The notes under the pieces were generated by a model that worked only from the letters and a program-made list of their open reading frames with translations, ran no database searches and was not told the origin of the DNA. The translations under genes and the position numbers were made by a program. DNA of 63,814 nt, filler included, from Licmophora abbreviata (lineage: Eukaryota): the NCBI GenBank assembly GCA_900291995.1. It is 16 parts of 16 records of this genome, joined end to end, with 100 filler letters (N's around TTAATTAATTAA, not from the genome) between each part and the next. Parts side by side here need not be neighbours in the genome. Positions count along the whole stretch, not along the records: positions 29,906 to 34,822 come from OLMU01005309.1; positions 34,923 to 40,841 come from OLMU01005310.1; positions 40,942 to 43,283 come from OLMU01005311.1; positions 43,384 to 44,759 come from OLMU01005313.1; positions 44,860 to 45,978 come from OLMU01005314.1; 11 more parts are not named here. The stretch is one strand, 5' to 3'. Shown here in pieces: positions 34,790 through 46,078 of this stretch (the stretch's first letter is position 1; each line of letters opens with the position of its first letter).

Positions 34790-37433
34790 TCATTGAAATC
34801 CCACACATGCATAACACAGGGGNNNNNNNNNNNNNNNNNNNNNNNNNNNNNNNNNNNNNNNNNNNNTTAATTAATTAANNNNNNNNNNNNNNNNNNNNNN
34901 NNNNNNNNNNNNNNNNNNNNNNGTAGGAGGATGAGTCGAACCTCCTACCACTGTCGGGGTGGCACTTGTCATGATTGTCGGACTTTGCGTTGGCATAGAA
35001 GTTGGGCTTGATGATGGGTCCTGAGACGGAGACGTGGATGGCGCAGAGGAGCCGATGACTGTAGGGGTGACGCTTGATGCTGCAGTGGGACCCAAGGAGG
35101 TCGCGGCCGAAGGACTTGTAGATGCATCATTGGATGGTGTTGAGGACATCATGAAGGTCGGTGCTGTGCTGATGGCTTGGGTAGGGCCCGAGGATCGATC
35201 AGATGTCGGAGATTGCGACGGCATTTCGGATGATTCGACGGTAGGAACAGTAGAAGAATCTATGCTGGTCGGAAGTTCACGCGTCGGTGAACCGCTGGGC
35301 ATCGATGATGGAATCATAGATCCTACGATCGTGGGTATCAAAGAATCCCGAGTCGTCGGCGCGTCACTTATCGATGCGGTGGGCCCGGAGGATGGTGCTG
35401 ACGAGGGTGTTGTTGACGGTCTTAGAGATGCCGCAGACGTAGGCACCGAAGAGTTAGCTACGACTGGGGACGTGCTTGGCATCATAGTAGGACTGAGACT
35501 CGCGTCGGTAACGGGTTTCGTCGAAGGACTAGCGGAAGTCGAATCGGTAGGGGTTCCAGTTGCAGCGGCGGTAGTGCTAGTGGAGGGCGCAGATGATGGT
35601 CTGATTGACGGGCTCTGAGATGCAAACGTTGGTTCACCGCTTTGCGTCGACGATGGGCCTTCCGACCCTTCGATTGTAGGCATAGAAGAATCATCGATGA
35701 TAGGGACTGACGTCGAAGTGGAAGGAACAAACGTCTCTTTGCTTCCGGGCGTCCGACTCGGCGATGCCGTGGGAAGCAAGTCCTCTACATCTGGCTCGCT
35801 GCATGCTCCCGGACAATAGCGAATGTATCGAACGCCCAGCGAGTTCGAAGCGACAATAGTCACACTCTCAACTTCTGTCTCAAACTCAAACATTTCGTCT
35901 TGAACAGCGTTGTTACCAAGGCCGAAAATGCGCTGCGTCGACATGCCACTTGGTTTCACAATCTCAAAAAAGTCCGATTCTTCGTTGTACATGTCGATCA
36001 AGCCAATACCCAACAATTTTTGAACTGGACAGCTAAATTGGAAAGTCATTCTCCCTCCGTAAGCGTTGTCGTCTGGTCTCTCTTTATCTGACTCCTGGAT
36101 TATAATGATGTTGCCCTCTCCGTCAGGGTTGCAATTCTCACCTGGCGTCCCCTCGCCACCGCCTCTACCTCTTCCGGGACCAGGAAGAGGACAATCGGCA
36201 TTGGGACTTGCGAGATCGGGATCCTCAGTATTGTACAGCGTGGTATCGAAGATTCGTGCTTGTCCGCCAGGTGTGTAGCCTCCGTCCGTCGAACTGACAG
36301 TCACCGTCATGCCGTACTTTGCCAGCCATTGATTGCTCACATAGTCGCCATGGTTGAGAGGTATGCCCGTGTCAGGATTGATAGAGAAATCGATGTAGAC
36401 TTCTGGCAAGGGGCAGAAAGTTGGAACCGTCACATCAACGGGCATCGGGGTCGAGAAGCTGGGATATGTACTCAGCCTGGAAGGAGATAAACTCGAACTT
36501 GGGAATGGCGCCACGGCGACAGGTTCTAGAGACGGATTCATACTTGAGATTGGCGCAGGCTCAATAGGCTGCTGCGCTGGTTTTGTCACCGGTTGCAGGG
36601 TTGATGCTTCGCAATCACCCGGGCAGAAAGCGATACCGAATACCTGCCGAGCTGGCAACAACCACAGACGCACTCTTGACTCGAGAAACGTCAGAGAAGA
36701 TCTCGTCTTGAATGGAGTTGTCTCCCTTGCCATAGATTCCCTGTAGCACGAGTCCGTCTTCGGTCTCAATCTGAAAGTAATCCGTATCCACGTTGATAAT
36801 GTCCATGAGTCCTACCGCGAGTAATTTCTCGGCTGGACAAGGAAATGTGAATGAAATAGTGCCTCCATATGCATTGTCATCTGGTTCGACCTTGTCGCTC
36901 TCCTGAATAATTAGTAGGTTACCCTCTCCGTCAGAATTGCAATTCTCACCCGAGGATCCCTGACGACCTCCGGCACCGCGTCCAGGTCCCCGAGTGGGAC
37001 AATCAGCATTGGGACTGGCAAGGTCAGCATCCTCAGTATCGTACAGGGTGCTATCAAAGATACGCGCCTGGCCACCGGGGGTGAAGCCTTCATCTGTCGA
37101 GCTCGCCGTCACATTGACGCCGTACATTTCCAGCCATTGATCGCTCACGTAGTCGCCATGATGCAGGGACGCACCAGTATTCGGATCGACTGAAAAGTCA
37201 AGATAGACTGGACGCGATGAACAACCGCTTCGGGTCAGGATAGATTTCAGCGCCGACACGGAGGTAGACGATAGCGAGCCTCGTATGCGGTCTAGTTGCT
37301 CGCCTCGTCCTCGTGGTTTTCGACGATGTACGTGGGCTCGACGCCCCAGCGCTGCGTTGAGAATAATCGCATACAGCAACAGGCTCGATCGCCGCGCCAT
37401 TCGCATATTCGTCGTACGAGACATCGACGCCAC
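34790..37433 (-). CDS. Secreted protein: two tandem ~200-aa domains + Ser/Thr/Pro mucin stalk + probable DUF285 C-terminus hidden in gap; frame break at ~36634
   Basis: Signal-like leader. Duplicated HGDYVSxQW..TPGGQARIFD..DLASPNADCP..GENC..IIQESDK..PDDNAYGG. PS/PT repeats. Tail PLCYACVGFQ* at 34822-34790. Confidence 0.75.
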
Positions 37434-37825
37434 TTTTTAGTATCAGTGAGCTGCAGCGTGGCGAATGAAACCTGTGTCCCTACTGATGGATGAGCTCCAT
37501 GGATCTCCTGGCGTGATCTTCCATCACTTTCACGTCGTCATGTGCGCGATCCCATGGATCGGGACTTGAGATATTGTGATGGTGAACCATGGATGAAGGC
37601 TCGGATGGTGTCTTTTGAAGCGGTACTCAAACTTGCTATGGTGAAACGGCGGGCTCGTGTACCGAGGACATATGAGGACGGCCAGCGCGCTCGGCCCGTC
37701 TCGCGATCTTCGGATCTTTTTTGGAAAAACAGGAAGTCAAGAAGTTGAAAGTAAAAGTGTTGACACAGCGACACATCATCAGCCCCAAACCCCACACATC
37801 TCTAGACTGCTTCCAGTGCTCACCC

Positions 37826-38521
37826 ATGTCATCGCCATCATCCTTAAAGATCCTCGGTGCTGCCTCGTTTCGCACGTTCCGCTGTCTGTGGATGCTGGAA
37901 GAGCTCGGAAGAGACTACGAACACGTCGCCGTTCAGCCTCGCTCGAAGAAACTGACTCCCTACAATCCTCTCGGCAAGGTTCCCGTCTTGGTGGAAGACG
38001 ATGACTTCTTTCTCTGCGAAAGTGTCGCCATCAATACGTACTTGGGAGAAAATACGTCTTTCGTTCCATCGGACAAGCGAGAACGCGCTAAATACAACCA
38101 GCTGACTCTCACTATACTGACCGAAATTGACGCGCAGGGACTATGGATTCATCGCAAGCATGCTGCGTTGGGACAGTACTTTGGAGAGATTCCAGATGCC
38201 GTAACAGAAGCCAAGCGATGCTTTGATGCCGTCCAAGACAAAGTCATGTTACCGCAGCTAAAATGGTCGAAACGGCAGGGCGAGGAGTACTATTTGCTCG
38301 GGTCGACGTTTACGGCCGTCGATATTCTCTATGTGCACTGTCTGGACTGGGCAAAGGCTATCGGCTGGATCAGTATTGTCTCAGACGACACTTCCTCTAC
38401 TTCTACGACGATATTGCAAGAGTATTGGACTCGTTGTCGGTCGCGACCGGCGTATCAAAGGGTCGCTGCCATGCGTAGAGCCGAGGTTCAGAAACAACAC
38501 GAATCACAACCGAAATTGTAA
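37826..38521 (+). CDS. Glutathione S-transferase
   Basis: WMLEELG, NPLGKVPVL, LCESVAINTYL, YLLGSTFTAVDI, SRPAYQR. Confidence 0.93.
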   Translation: MSSPSSLKILGAASFRTFRCLWMLEELGRDYEHVAVQPRSKKLTPYNPLGKVPVLVEDDDFFLCESVAINTYLGENTSFVPSDKRERAKYNQLTLTILTEIDAQGLWIHRKHAALGQYFGEIPDAVTEAKRCFDAVQDKVMLPQLKWSKRQGEEYYLLGSTFTAVDILYVHCLDWAKAIGWISIVSDDTSSTSTTILQEYWTRCRSRPAYQRVAAMRRAEVQKQHESQPKL

Positions 38522-38652
38522 GGTATGATATAGCTACGATCAGCTGCCGTCAGCGTGCTAGCTCGCATACCAGGTATTTTGAATGAATGACACAAAACAA
38601 CCTACAGGCTGTTTCTTATTTCGGGCACGGAACTAGAAGCGTGCGAAGATGG

Positions 38653-40200
38653 CTAGTTCTTGTGCCGTTCTCCCTTCTTTCGTCGTCTTCCACTATAAAT
38701 CGCGAAAATGGCCAGGGCAAAAAGGAAAAGGACGCCTGGTAGCTTCAGACCACCCATAAAACCAACACGAACAGACTCAGCCGTCAGATTCCTCGACTCC
38801 ACGCCGACAGATCCCAACGCAGCTGGCAACGGCAATTTACTTCTGGTGTCGTCCGTCAGTCCACGCTCCAGCGTTTGACGAAGGCCGTAGTAGTCGGACG
38901 ACGGATTCTCCTCGAACGGGACCCAGATCAGATTCCCACACTTGTTCTTTTCCATCCGCCGCTCCTTCAAATTGATGCCGGAAAATTCAATAGCTTGCTC
39001 CATGGTCCTCCTGGTGCCAAGACCGAATCGCGACTTTCGTATTCGCTCAATTTCCTCTCGATCCTCCGTGGAGTAGTTCTTGTCGGACCCGATGCCCAAC
39101 ATAAGGTTGACTCTAGGCGTTCCAATCGTCCTGACATTGACCTTTTCTCTCTCGATTGCCTCCATCCACCGCCATGTCTCTTTCGTTCCTTCCGTTTTTG
39201 CTTTTCGTCCCCACGTGTGGACGACGGGGTTGCTTTGATGACCCTTATAGTCGTGTGTTACCAATACTTGATCAGGCGTGTACACGTCATATCCATGCGT
39301 GAAGAATCGCAAGCCCCGATTCCCCTCTTCTCCATCAAAGACTCCACTCAGATACGGATCGACGGGTACATTGAGTTCTGCGTGACAACGATGAAAGGAC
39401 AGTCCGGCGCCCCACATGGCATTGGTCAATTTGGGAGTGACCAAGTTGCGGCACTGTTTGGTACCCCAATTTCGTATCGTTGAGGTGAATTCGACCATAC
39501 ACAAGTTGGGCACATAGTCGGGGTCCTGGTTGTTTTGGGATAGATCGGCAACATAGGTGGATAGAACGGCAAAGTCGTTCTTTGTTCGGTGGTGCATCAA
39601 GATGAGCTCCGTGTCGTAGTGATCGTGAAAGTCCATATGCGAGTCAGTTTCCATGCAAAAGTCTTCAGACTCTACCCTATGAAAGTCCAGCTTGCTCGGA
39701 TCATGGCGATGGATGTAATCCCAGTGCACCATGGCACTAAGCTTGCTTCGGGCGTCCGTTGGGCCTTTCGATACCGCGGCATCTTGGTGGACCATCTTGA
39801 CGTTTTGCTGGAATTCCTCGCAGTTTGTGTTGTAGTCTGCGCAGTACCGTTCCCAGCAGCTTGCATCGTCAATGACGCTAGAGGCTGTCTCAGTCTGTTC
39901 CAATACTCGAAGATAGACTCGATATGGATTGTCGGCACGCGAAAAGGCATTGTGCAAGGTTCTTGGGCAGAGTCGGTCGCGAAAACTAGCAATCAGCAGG
40001 TGAATGGGCGTTTCGTGGGCACTCTCACGACGGGCATCGTTCTGGTAGCGATAGTACGGACATGCACCGTCGGCGGTGCAGATGGACGGCGCAACGTCAA
40101 TCACGCCAATGCCCTCGTCGCCCCACACGGCGCGGTTCTCTGGAGTGTCTCGACTCAGCAGCGTCGTTCCGTAAGGGTGTTTCGACTTTTCGTCAGTCAT
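38653..40200 (-). CDS. GT60-family GlcNAc transferase (Skp1 Gnt1 / Golgi polypeptide GlcNAc-T-like) with C-terminal TM
   Basis: IASFRD, KGPTDAR, DSH metal motif (TDSHMDF), VLSTY, WGAGLSF, DPYL..FDGEE, FTHGYDVYTP. The 5' end is probably incomplete. Confidence 0.85.
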   Translation of the reverse strand: MTDEKSKHPYGTTLLSRDTPENRAVWGDEGIGVIDVAPSICTADGACPYYRYQNDARRESAHETPIHLLIASFRDRLCPRTLHNAFSRADNPYRVYLRVLEQTETASSVIDDASCWERYCADYNTNCEEFQQNVKMVHQDAAVSKGPTDARSKLSAMVHWDYIHRHDPSKLDFHRVESEDFCMETDSHMDFHDHYDTELILMHHRTKNDFAVLSTYVADLSQNNQDPDYVPNLCMVEFTSTIRNWGTKQCRNLVTPKLTNAMWGAGLSFHRCHAELNVPVDPYLSGVFDGEEGNRGLRFFTHGYDVYTPDQVLVTHDYKGHQSNPVVHTWGRKAKTEGTKETWRWMEAIEREKVNVRTIGTPRVNLMLGIGSDKNYSTEDREEIERIRKSRFGLGTRRTMEQAIEFSGINLKERRMEKNKCGNLIWVPFEENPSSDYYGLRQTLERGLTDDTRSKLPLPAALGSVGVESRNLTAESVRVGFMGGLKLPGVLFLFALAIFAIYSGRRRKKGERHKN

Positions 40201-40778
40201 AATGGCGATTCACCAACGCAGAAAGTGACTTTGCAGATACTACTATAGTCTAGGAACAGGCAAACAAGGCAACAACCCTAACAGGATGGCGACGACGAAA
40301 TCGCCAGGAGATTGATTCTGGTCGCGGTCATCGTCGCGATGTCAGATAACAAGCATGCCACATAAATCTCAAATCTCGTCTGAATTCGTCAGTTTTAGAG
40401 CAAGTTATGGCAGATCCAGAGCAGATTCGGATTTTTTCTGCCATTCTCGCTATTCTGGCGCCAAATCATCGCCATCCGGCGCCTATAGCGAACCGGTCCA
40501 GAATCGAACGACTGGGAAAGGGCTAACCCGCTCCTAATTATCTTGCAAGGTTCTACCTACTTGTATCATCGCGGTATGACGACGTCCTTCTTTGATTGGC
40601 TTCGCTAAATGATGCTGCATCGTTGGCGGCGCGGATAGTCTACTTGGCACTCATAGCTGCGAAGCCGCCAGCGGGTGACTTGGTCGTAAAAGATCGCAAG
40701 GCACTGAACTCGCAACTACAACTGACGAGACTGATAAAACGACGTTAGCTTGATGATAGTTTTATATCGGAAACAATT

Positions 40779-40841
40779 TTAGTGGAAGAAATGGGTCGGG
40801 TCTACAGTGATTGGTTCTTCCTCGCAGACATAACACAAGGG
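40779..40841 (-). CDS. 3' tail of a probable DUF285 surface protein lost in the adjacent gap
   Basis: Reads PLCYVCEEEPITVDPTHFFH*, matching the PLCYPCT* end of the DUF285 gene at 42035. Confidence 0.5.
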   Translation of the reverse strand, partial: PLCYVCEEEPITVDPTHFFH

Positions 40842-40944
40842 NNNNNNNNNNNNNNNNNNNNNNNNNNNNNNNNNNNNNNNNNNNNTTAATTAATTAANNN
40901 NNNNNNNNNNNNNNNNNNNNNNNNNNNNNNNNNNNNNNNNNACG

Positions 40945-41575
40945 TGCTCTGCTGGCGCTGTCCGTGATTCAGAGTCACAAGACAATTTTCTTCGCATACT
41001 GTGAAACGTCCTTTCTAATGAAGCAAAAGATGGCTTCCGTTTGATCATTTACATAATGTATGCTTCCACGTGAGTGATTCACCTGGAGACTTATGCCTCT
41101 CTTTTGAAACAAGACGCAGCACAAATTATCATCACGAATCACGAACGGCAAGTCTACCTCGTAATGTTTTAGGCCGACGGCAGACGATGATATCCAGCTT
41201 GGCGGAGATCTTGCAGGAAATGCCCCCAAGTCAGCAGAACGAGTTCTACAGGTAGTGGTATCCGTGTTATCTTTGGAGTGGACCGGGGACGAGGTGAAAA
41301 CACGAGAGGCATCCTGGCTGGAATTCGAGCATCTAGGATTACGTTCAAATGTGTGAAAATCACGCAACTAGTGTCGCTGCGTGATTCCATTCCTCTACAT
41401 ATTTGTAGGGCGCAGAACAATTCGTCATTCCAAGAGAAGAAGAAATCGTTTGCTTCTGTTTTTGCTTCATTCGTCTTGTTTGAGGTTCGAAAATCCCTCG
41501 CGGCTATGGTGAAAGGATCGATCGGGTGAAACGGCGAACTTCTAATGATGATGAACGGGATCTGTCGAATCGATC
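40945..41575. repeat. Duplicated segment X, copy 1 (copy 2 at ~45179-45797)
   Basis: Long collinear matches such as gcgctgtccgtgattcagagtcacaagacaattttcttcgcatactgtgaaacgtcc and ctatggtgaaaggatcgatcggg. Confidence 0.92.
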
Positions 41576-42034
41576 CTGGGGCGGATCGGACTATTCTACT
41601 ACTATACTCGGATGAGTTGCATGCTACCCGGTAGGAGTACCCGCATTGAAAGGTCGGTGCCACTTCAAACTCGTAGCTAGCATGACTGCAGCCATCTTAC
41701 GTGAACTTACGACGTCGCGCTGAGAACGATGAAGGTCTGAGATGCCACGTCGGAAGGCACTCAGAAGGTATTGATTGCTGTGTGATGAACTCCATGAACC
41801 TACAAACAGGACATATTCTTTTCGGTCAATCTATTTCACATGGAGATAGCTACTGCTACAAGGGAGATGATGCGTCATGTACTGGCGAACACTTTAGAAA
41901 GGACACGGGAGATGGTAGCATGGACGGTGTCGCGATCCTTGATTGAGAGCATCTTGGTCGACAAACGTTCTTGTCGGATTCTTTTGCACCCTCCCAGTCG
42001 CAGCGCTGAGAGCGTGGCCGCGCAACCTGGGACT

Positions 42035-43283
42035 CTAGGTGCATGGATAACACAAAGGGCCGATCGGATCAGCACCCAAACCTGTTACGGGATCGCCAGT
42101 TTCGGGGCAGTCTGAGTCACTAAAAGTCAAGTTCGCGTACCGGATGGGAGTGTGACTCCGCATCCTTGGTCCCCACGCACAGAGATTCTGGTTGAATTTT
42201 TCGGCTAGCATGAAGGTAGTCTTCATATTGGTGACCCTCGAGACGTTCCAGCTAGCAATCGGCTGGTTGAATTCATACGCCGATCGAAACATATCCCTTA
42301 CGCTTCTGACTAGCCCCGTGTCCCAATTCGCAATGGGCTGGTTGAAGACTCGAGCACCATGAAACATGTTTCGGAAATAACCACAATTTGCTACGTCCCA
42401 TTTTCCAATCGGCTGATTGAATGCGATCGCATGCATGAACATGTTTCTCATATCATACACTTTTGAAACATTCCAGCCGCCAATCGGCTGGTTGAATCTG
42501 TATGCTTGTTCGAACATTCCAATCATATCGTATACATTCGACACGTCCCAGTCTCCAATGGGTTTGTTGAAGCGAGCAGCTTGATAGAACATGCCGTTCA
42601 TATTGCTGACTTTTGAGACGCTCCAGGCTCCAATTTCTTGATTGAAACGTGTAGCACGATAGAACATTTTGTTCATGTTGGCAATTTCCGAGACGTCCCA
42701 GGCTGAGATGTCTTCGTTGAAGGTACTCTTCGCAAAGAATAGATAGCTGAAGTCTGTCAGCTTATTGAAACACCAAGTCTCGATTGGCCCGTATATCTCC
42801 TCAACTTTATCAGCCCTGTAATCTTCCAAGGAAACCTCGAGGACTTTCCGATTGTCAAAACAACGAAAGGGACCCGAAGGTAACGCAACAGATGGGGCAG
42901 CAGACTCAACACTCGGTGCCAAAGAAGTTATCAGCGCAGTGGGAGACAAAGACAATGAAGCGGTGTCTGATCGGCTACTGGTAGTTGATGGAATCAGCGA
43001 AACCATGTCGAGCCCCGTGGTTGCTCCCATGGTCGGTCCGGAGGATGGTATTTTTGACGGAATCAAGGAGGCACGAGTCGGGTCAGAGACCGGTGCTGTG
43101 GTGGGCACATACGATGGTACCTTTGTCTCAGAAGTATATGACCAGTTGCCTGGTGTCCCTATGGGGACCCCAGTGGATGACGCTATCGTGGGAGCATCAT
43201 CGATTCTTGACACAGCGGTCGGAGTCAGCGACACGCTATCGGAACCAGCAGGGGCCTCCATTGTTGGTTCCATACTTTGCTCT
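42035..43283 (-). CDS. DUF285/BspA-like repeat surface protein with Pro/Thr/Ser stalk (5' end in gap)
   Basis: About 7-8 repeats of FNQPIGxWDVSNVxDMxxMF, ending FNQNLCAWG...GPLCYPCT. Confidence 0.9.
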
Positions 43284-43383
43284 NNNNNNNNNNNNNNNNN
43301 NNNNNNNNNNNNNNNNNNNNNNNNNNNTTAATTAATTAANNNNNNNNNNNNNNNNNNNNNNNNNNNNNNNNNNNNNNNNNNNN

Positions 43384-44449
43384 CTTGATCGTCACAAGGA
43401 CGGAATTTGGATCACAGCTCTGAAAGATCGGCTCGAACAAGCACTGTTTCAACAATCAGTATCAGCCCCAATTATTATTTTCAAAGTTCAAGTCTTGACG
43501 TTGGAGTTTCTGTTGTACAATGACATTCTACTCACTACTCGTCGGTTCACACAAGAAATCTATGGGATAGTAAATCGCGTGTCGGATGCAGCGGAGCCTG
43601 TCTTGCTCAAACAGTGTATCGCGCTCTTGCACGCACTGCAAGATATCTACCACATTCCAGTTTTCAATGGCCCGACGGCTTTCAGCCTCTGTGCCAACAA
43701 ATGGTGCCATCACGCCGTTGTTTAGCAGCGCTGGATTGGATAGTCCTGACTCAAAGACTATATTTCAGCCGACCGAGTCAAGTGCGAAAGACGCTACAGA
43801 GTCCCTAAGGAGGAGGCCAAATCGCCAAGGAGACGACACAACGAAGAAGCTCCTCTTCAAACCAAACGCCGGTGGTTTTGGTGAAGGAGTCACTATACTG
43901 TCGGAGCGAAGCACGACCCAGCCACAGTACTTTACCTCCGACTCGATGGCTATCATTCAAGAGTATATTCCACCGTCTTCTTCGTTTTCGCACTATCGAG
44001 TTTGGTTTCTTTGTGGCAAGGTCCAATGTGGCGTCGAGCGCACTGTGAGGGGCAATGGAGATGACGACGATGAGTTTACCATGGGATGCGCCGCATCCTG
44101 CACATCCAATGGTATCGGGAATACATCAACTGCCCCTGTCACCTTTCCATTGATCCGCCCTTGGCCCATACCTCCAGATGTGAAGTCGGAACTGGAGGAG
44201 CGTCTGTTGCCAATACTGGCTAGGGATGGACACGCTGGAAGCGTTGAGTTCATGATGGCCCCTGCAAGTGGAGCTGGCGATAGGCAACGGCTCTACTACG
44301 ACTTGAATCTATTATCCACGCTACCATTGACTGACATTATCACTGACGACAATCATGCTTGGCCACAGAAATACGACCCATGGATGGAGCTGGCCGAAGC
44401 GGTCTTGCGTGTCATGCGAGAGCGGAAGAGACGAGACAACGTTCCCTGA
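43384..44449 (+). CDS. RimK-like ATP-grasp protein (5' end in gap; frame break at ~43717)
   Basis: NRVSDAA and FNGPTAFSLCANKWCHH in one frame. LFKPNAGGFGEG, IIQEYI, YRVWFL, GSVEF and YYDLN in the next. Confidence 0.8.
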
Positions 44450-44495
44450 TTCTCCCCTACGAGTATTAGTTATACGAGCGATTCAACCTTTAGAA

Positions 44496-44759
44496 CTACC
44501 AAGTTCGCTCGAATATCTCTGGACACGAAGGAGAGTATTCTCCACCCTGTTGATCAATGGTAAAGAGATGTTTCCCAGTGTCGATGTCTTTGACGACCGA
44601 CACGATCAACGGAGGAGCGCTTCCGCCGTCGTCTGTGAAAGAGGAACAGCGCTTTGCGTGAGACTCAAACACTAGCGAAGAGAATTTTAAAATTTGCAAA
44701 GAGGCACATACCCAAGCGACACGGTGACAAGATTAGGGACTCTTGAGACATCCGGATAC
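44496..44759 (-). CDS. Metallophosphoesterase paralog C, 3' fragment (rest in gap)
   Basis: VPNLVTVSL, a GTATGT intron, then DDGGSAPPLIVS..IDQQGGEY..CP..ERTW. Homologous to the last exons of copies A and B. Confidence 0.75.
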
Positions 44760-44859
44760 NNNNNNNNNNNNNNNNNNNNNNNNNNNNNNNNNNNNNNNNN
44801 NNNTTAATTAATTAANNNNNNNNNNNNNNNNNNNNNNNNNNNNNNNNNNNNNNNNNNNN

Positions 44860-45008
44860 GGAGCCAAACTTGGTGCCATACTGAAACTCAGCGCAGAGCT
44901 TGGCTCTTCACCGAGTCCGAGTGCTGTCGAAGTCATCATGACCAGCACAAGAATGAAAAGGCATGATACGACCGATCGTAGACAGCGAGTAGATACTGTT
45001 GAGATCAT
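44860..45008 (-). CDS. 5' end of a secreted protein (signal peptide + PS-rich stalk) entering a gap
   Basis: MISTVSTRCLRSVVSCLFILVLVMMTSTALGLGEEPSSALSFSMAPSLA. Confidence 0.5.
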
Positions 45009-45178
45009 GGGGGATGCTATACCTCCGCTCTCTTGCTTGGAAGACAGATATGGATCCTTGCGGAAGCGCGGACGATTGGTCGTCATATGAATGGGTCCGC
45101 CGCCTTTTGTGGGCATGGGTGCGGGCACGATATTGTGCGGCAGGGATCCGAAATCGAGAGGCCTTCACCTTTTCTATA

Positions 45179-45797
45179 TGCTCTGCTCGCGCTGTCCGTG
45201 ATTCAGAGTCACAAGACAATTTTCTTCGCATACTGTGAAACGTCCTTATTAATGAAGCAAAAGATGGCCTCCGTGTGATCTATTACATAATGTGCTCTTC
45301 CACGTGAATGATCCACCTTGAGACTTATGCCTCTCTTTTGAAACAAGACGCAGCACAAAACGGCAAGTCTAATGTTTTAGGCCTATGGCAGACGACGACG
45401 TCCAGCTTGGCGGAAATCTTGCAGGAAACACCCCTCTAAGTCAGAAGAGCGAGTTCTCTAGTGGCATCCGCATCATCATTGGGGTGGACCGGGGTCGAGG
45501 TGAAAACACGAGACGAGTCCTGGCTGATATTCGAGAATGGAGGATCCCGTACTAACGTGTGAAAATCACGCAACTAGTGTCGATGCGTGATTCCTCTACT
45601 CGTACCAGAGTACCAGTACATCTTTGGCTAGGGTGCATCGCCATTCGTCGTTCCCGGAGAAGAAATCGACTGCTTCTGTAAAATACATGATTCATTCATC
45701 TTGTTTGAGGCTCGAAACTCCCTCGCGACTATGGTGAAAGGATCGATCGGGCTACACGAAGTTCTGATTATGGTGGAAGGCATCTGTCGAATCGATG
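45179..45797. repeat. Duplicated segment X, copy 2
   Basis: Collinear with 40945-41575, with indels. Confidence 0.92.
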
Positions 45798-46078
45798 CTC
45801 GTGTAATATCAGACTGCACGGATCTCGCGTGCATCCTGTCGTAGGAGTCGGTGAGGCACTTTCAGACCCAGCAGTCGTTGCCCTTTTTGGTCTCATAATA
45901 AGAACTGTCGTCGGAATGAGTGAGTCGGGGCTCCGTGGGGTGGCTTGTAGGCGACTTGGTCGGAGGCTTTTCGGTGGGNNNNNNNNNNNNNNNNNNNNNN
46001 NNNNNNNNNNNNNNNNNNNNNNTTAATTAATTAANNNNNNNNNNNNNNNNNNNNNNNNNNNNNNNNNNNNNNNNNNNN

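Noticed and set aside
36615..36617. TGA as selenocysteine or readthrough in the mucin gene
   Set aside because: The internal repeat shows the protein continues in another frame, so an indel explains it.
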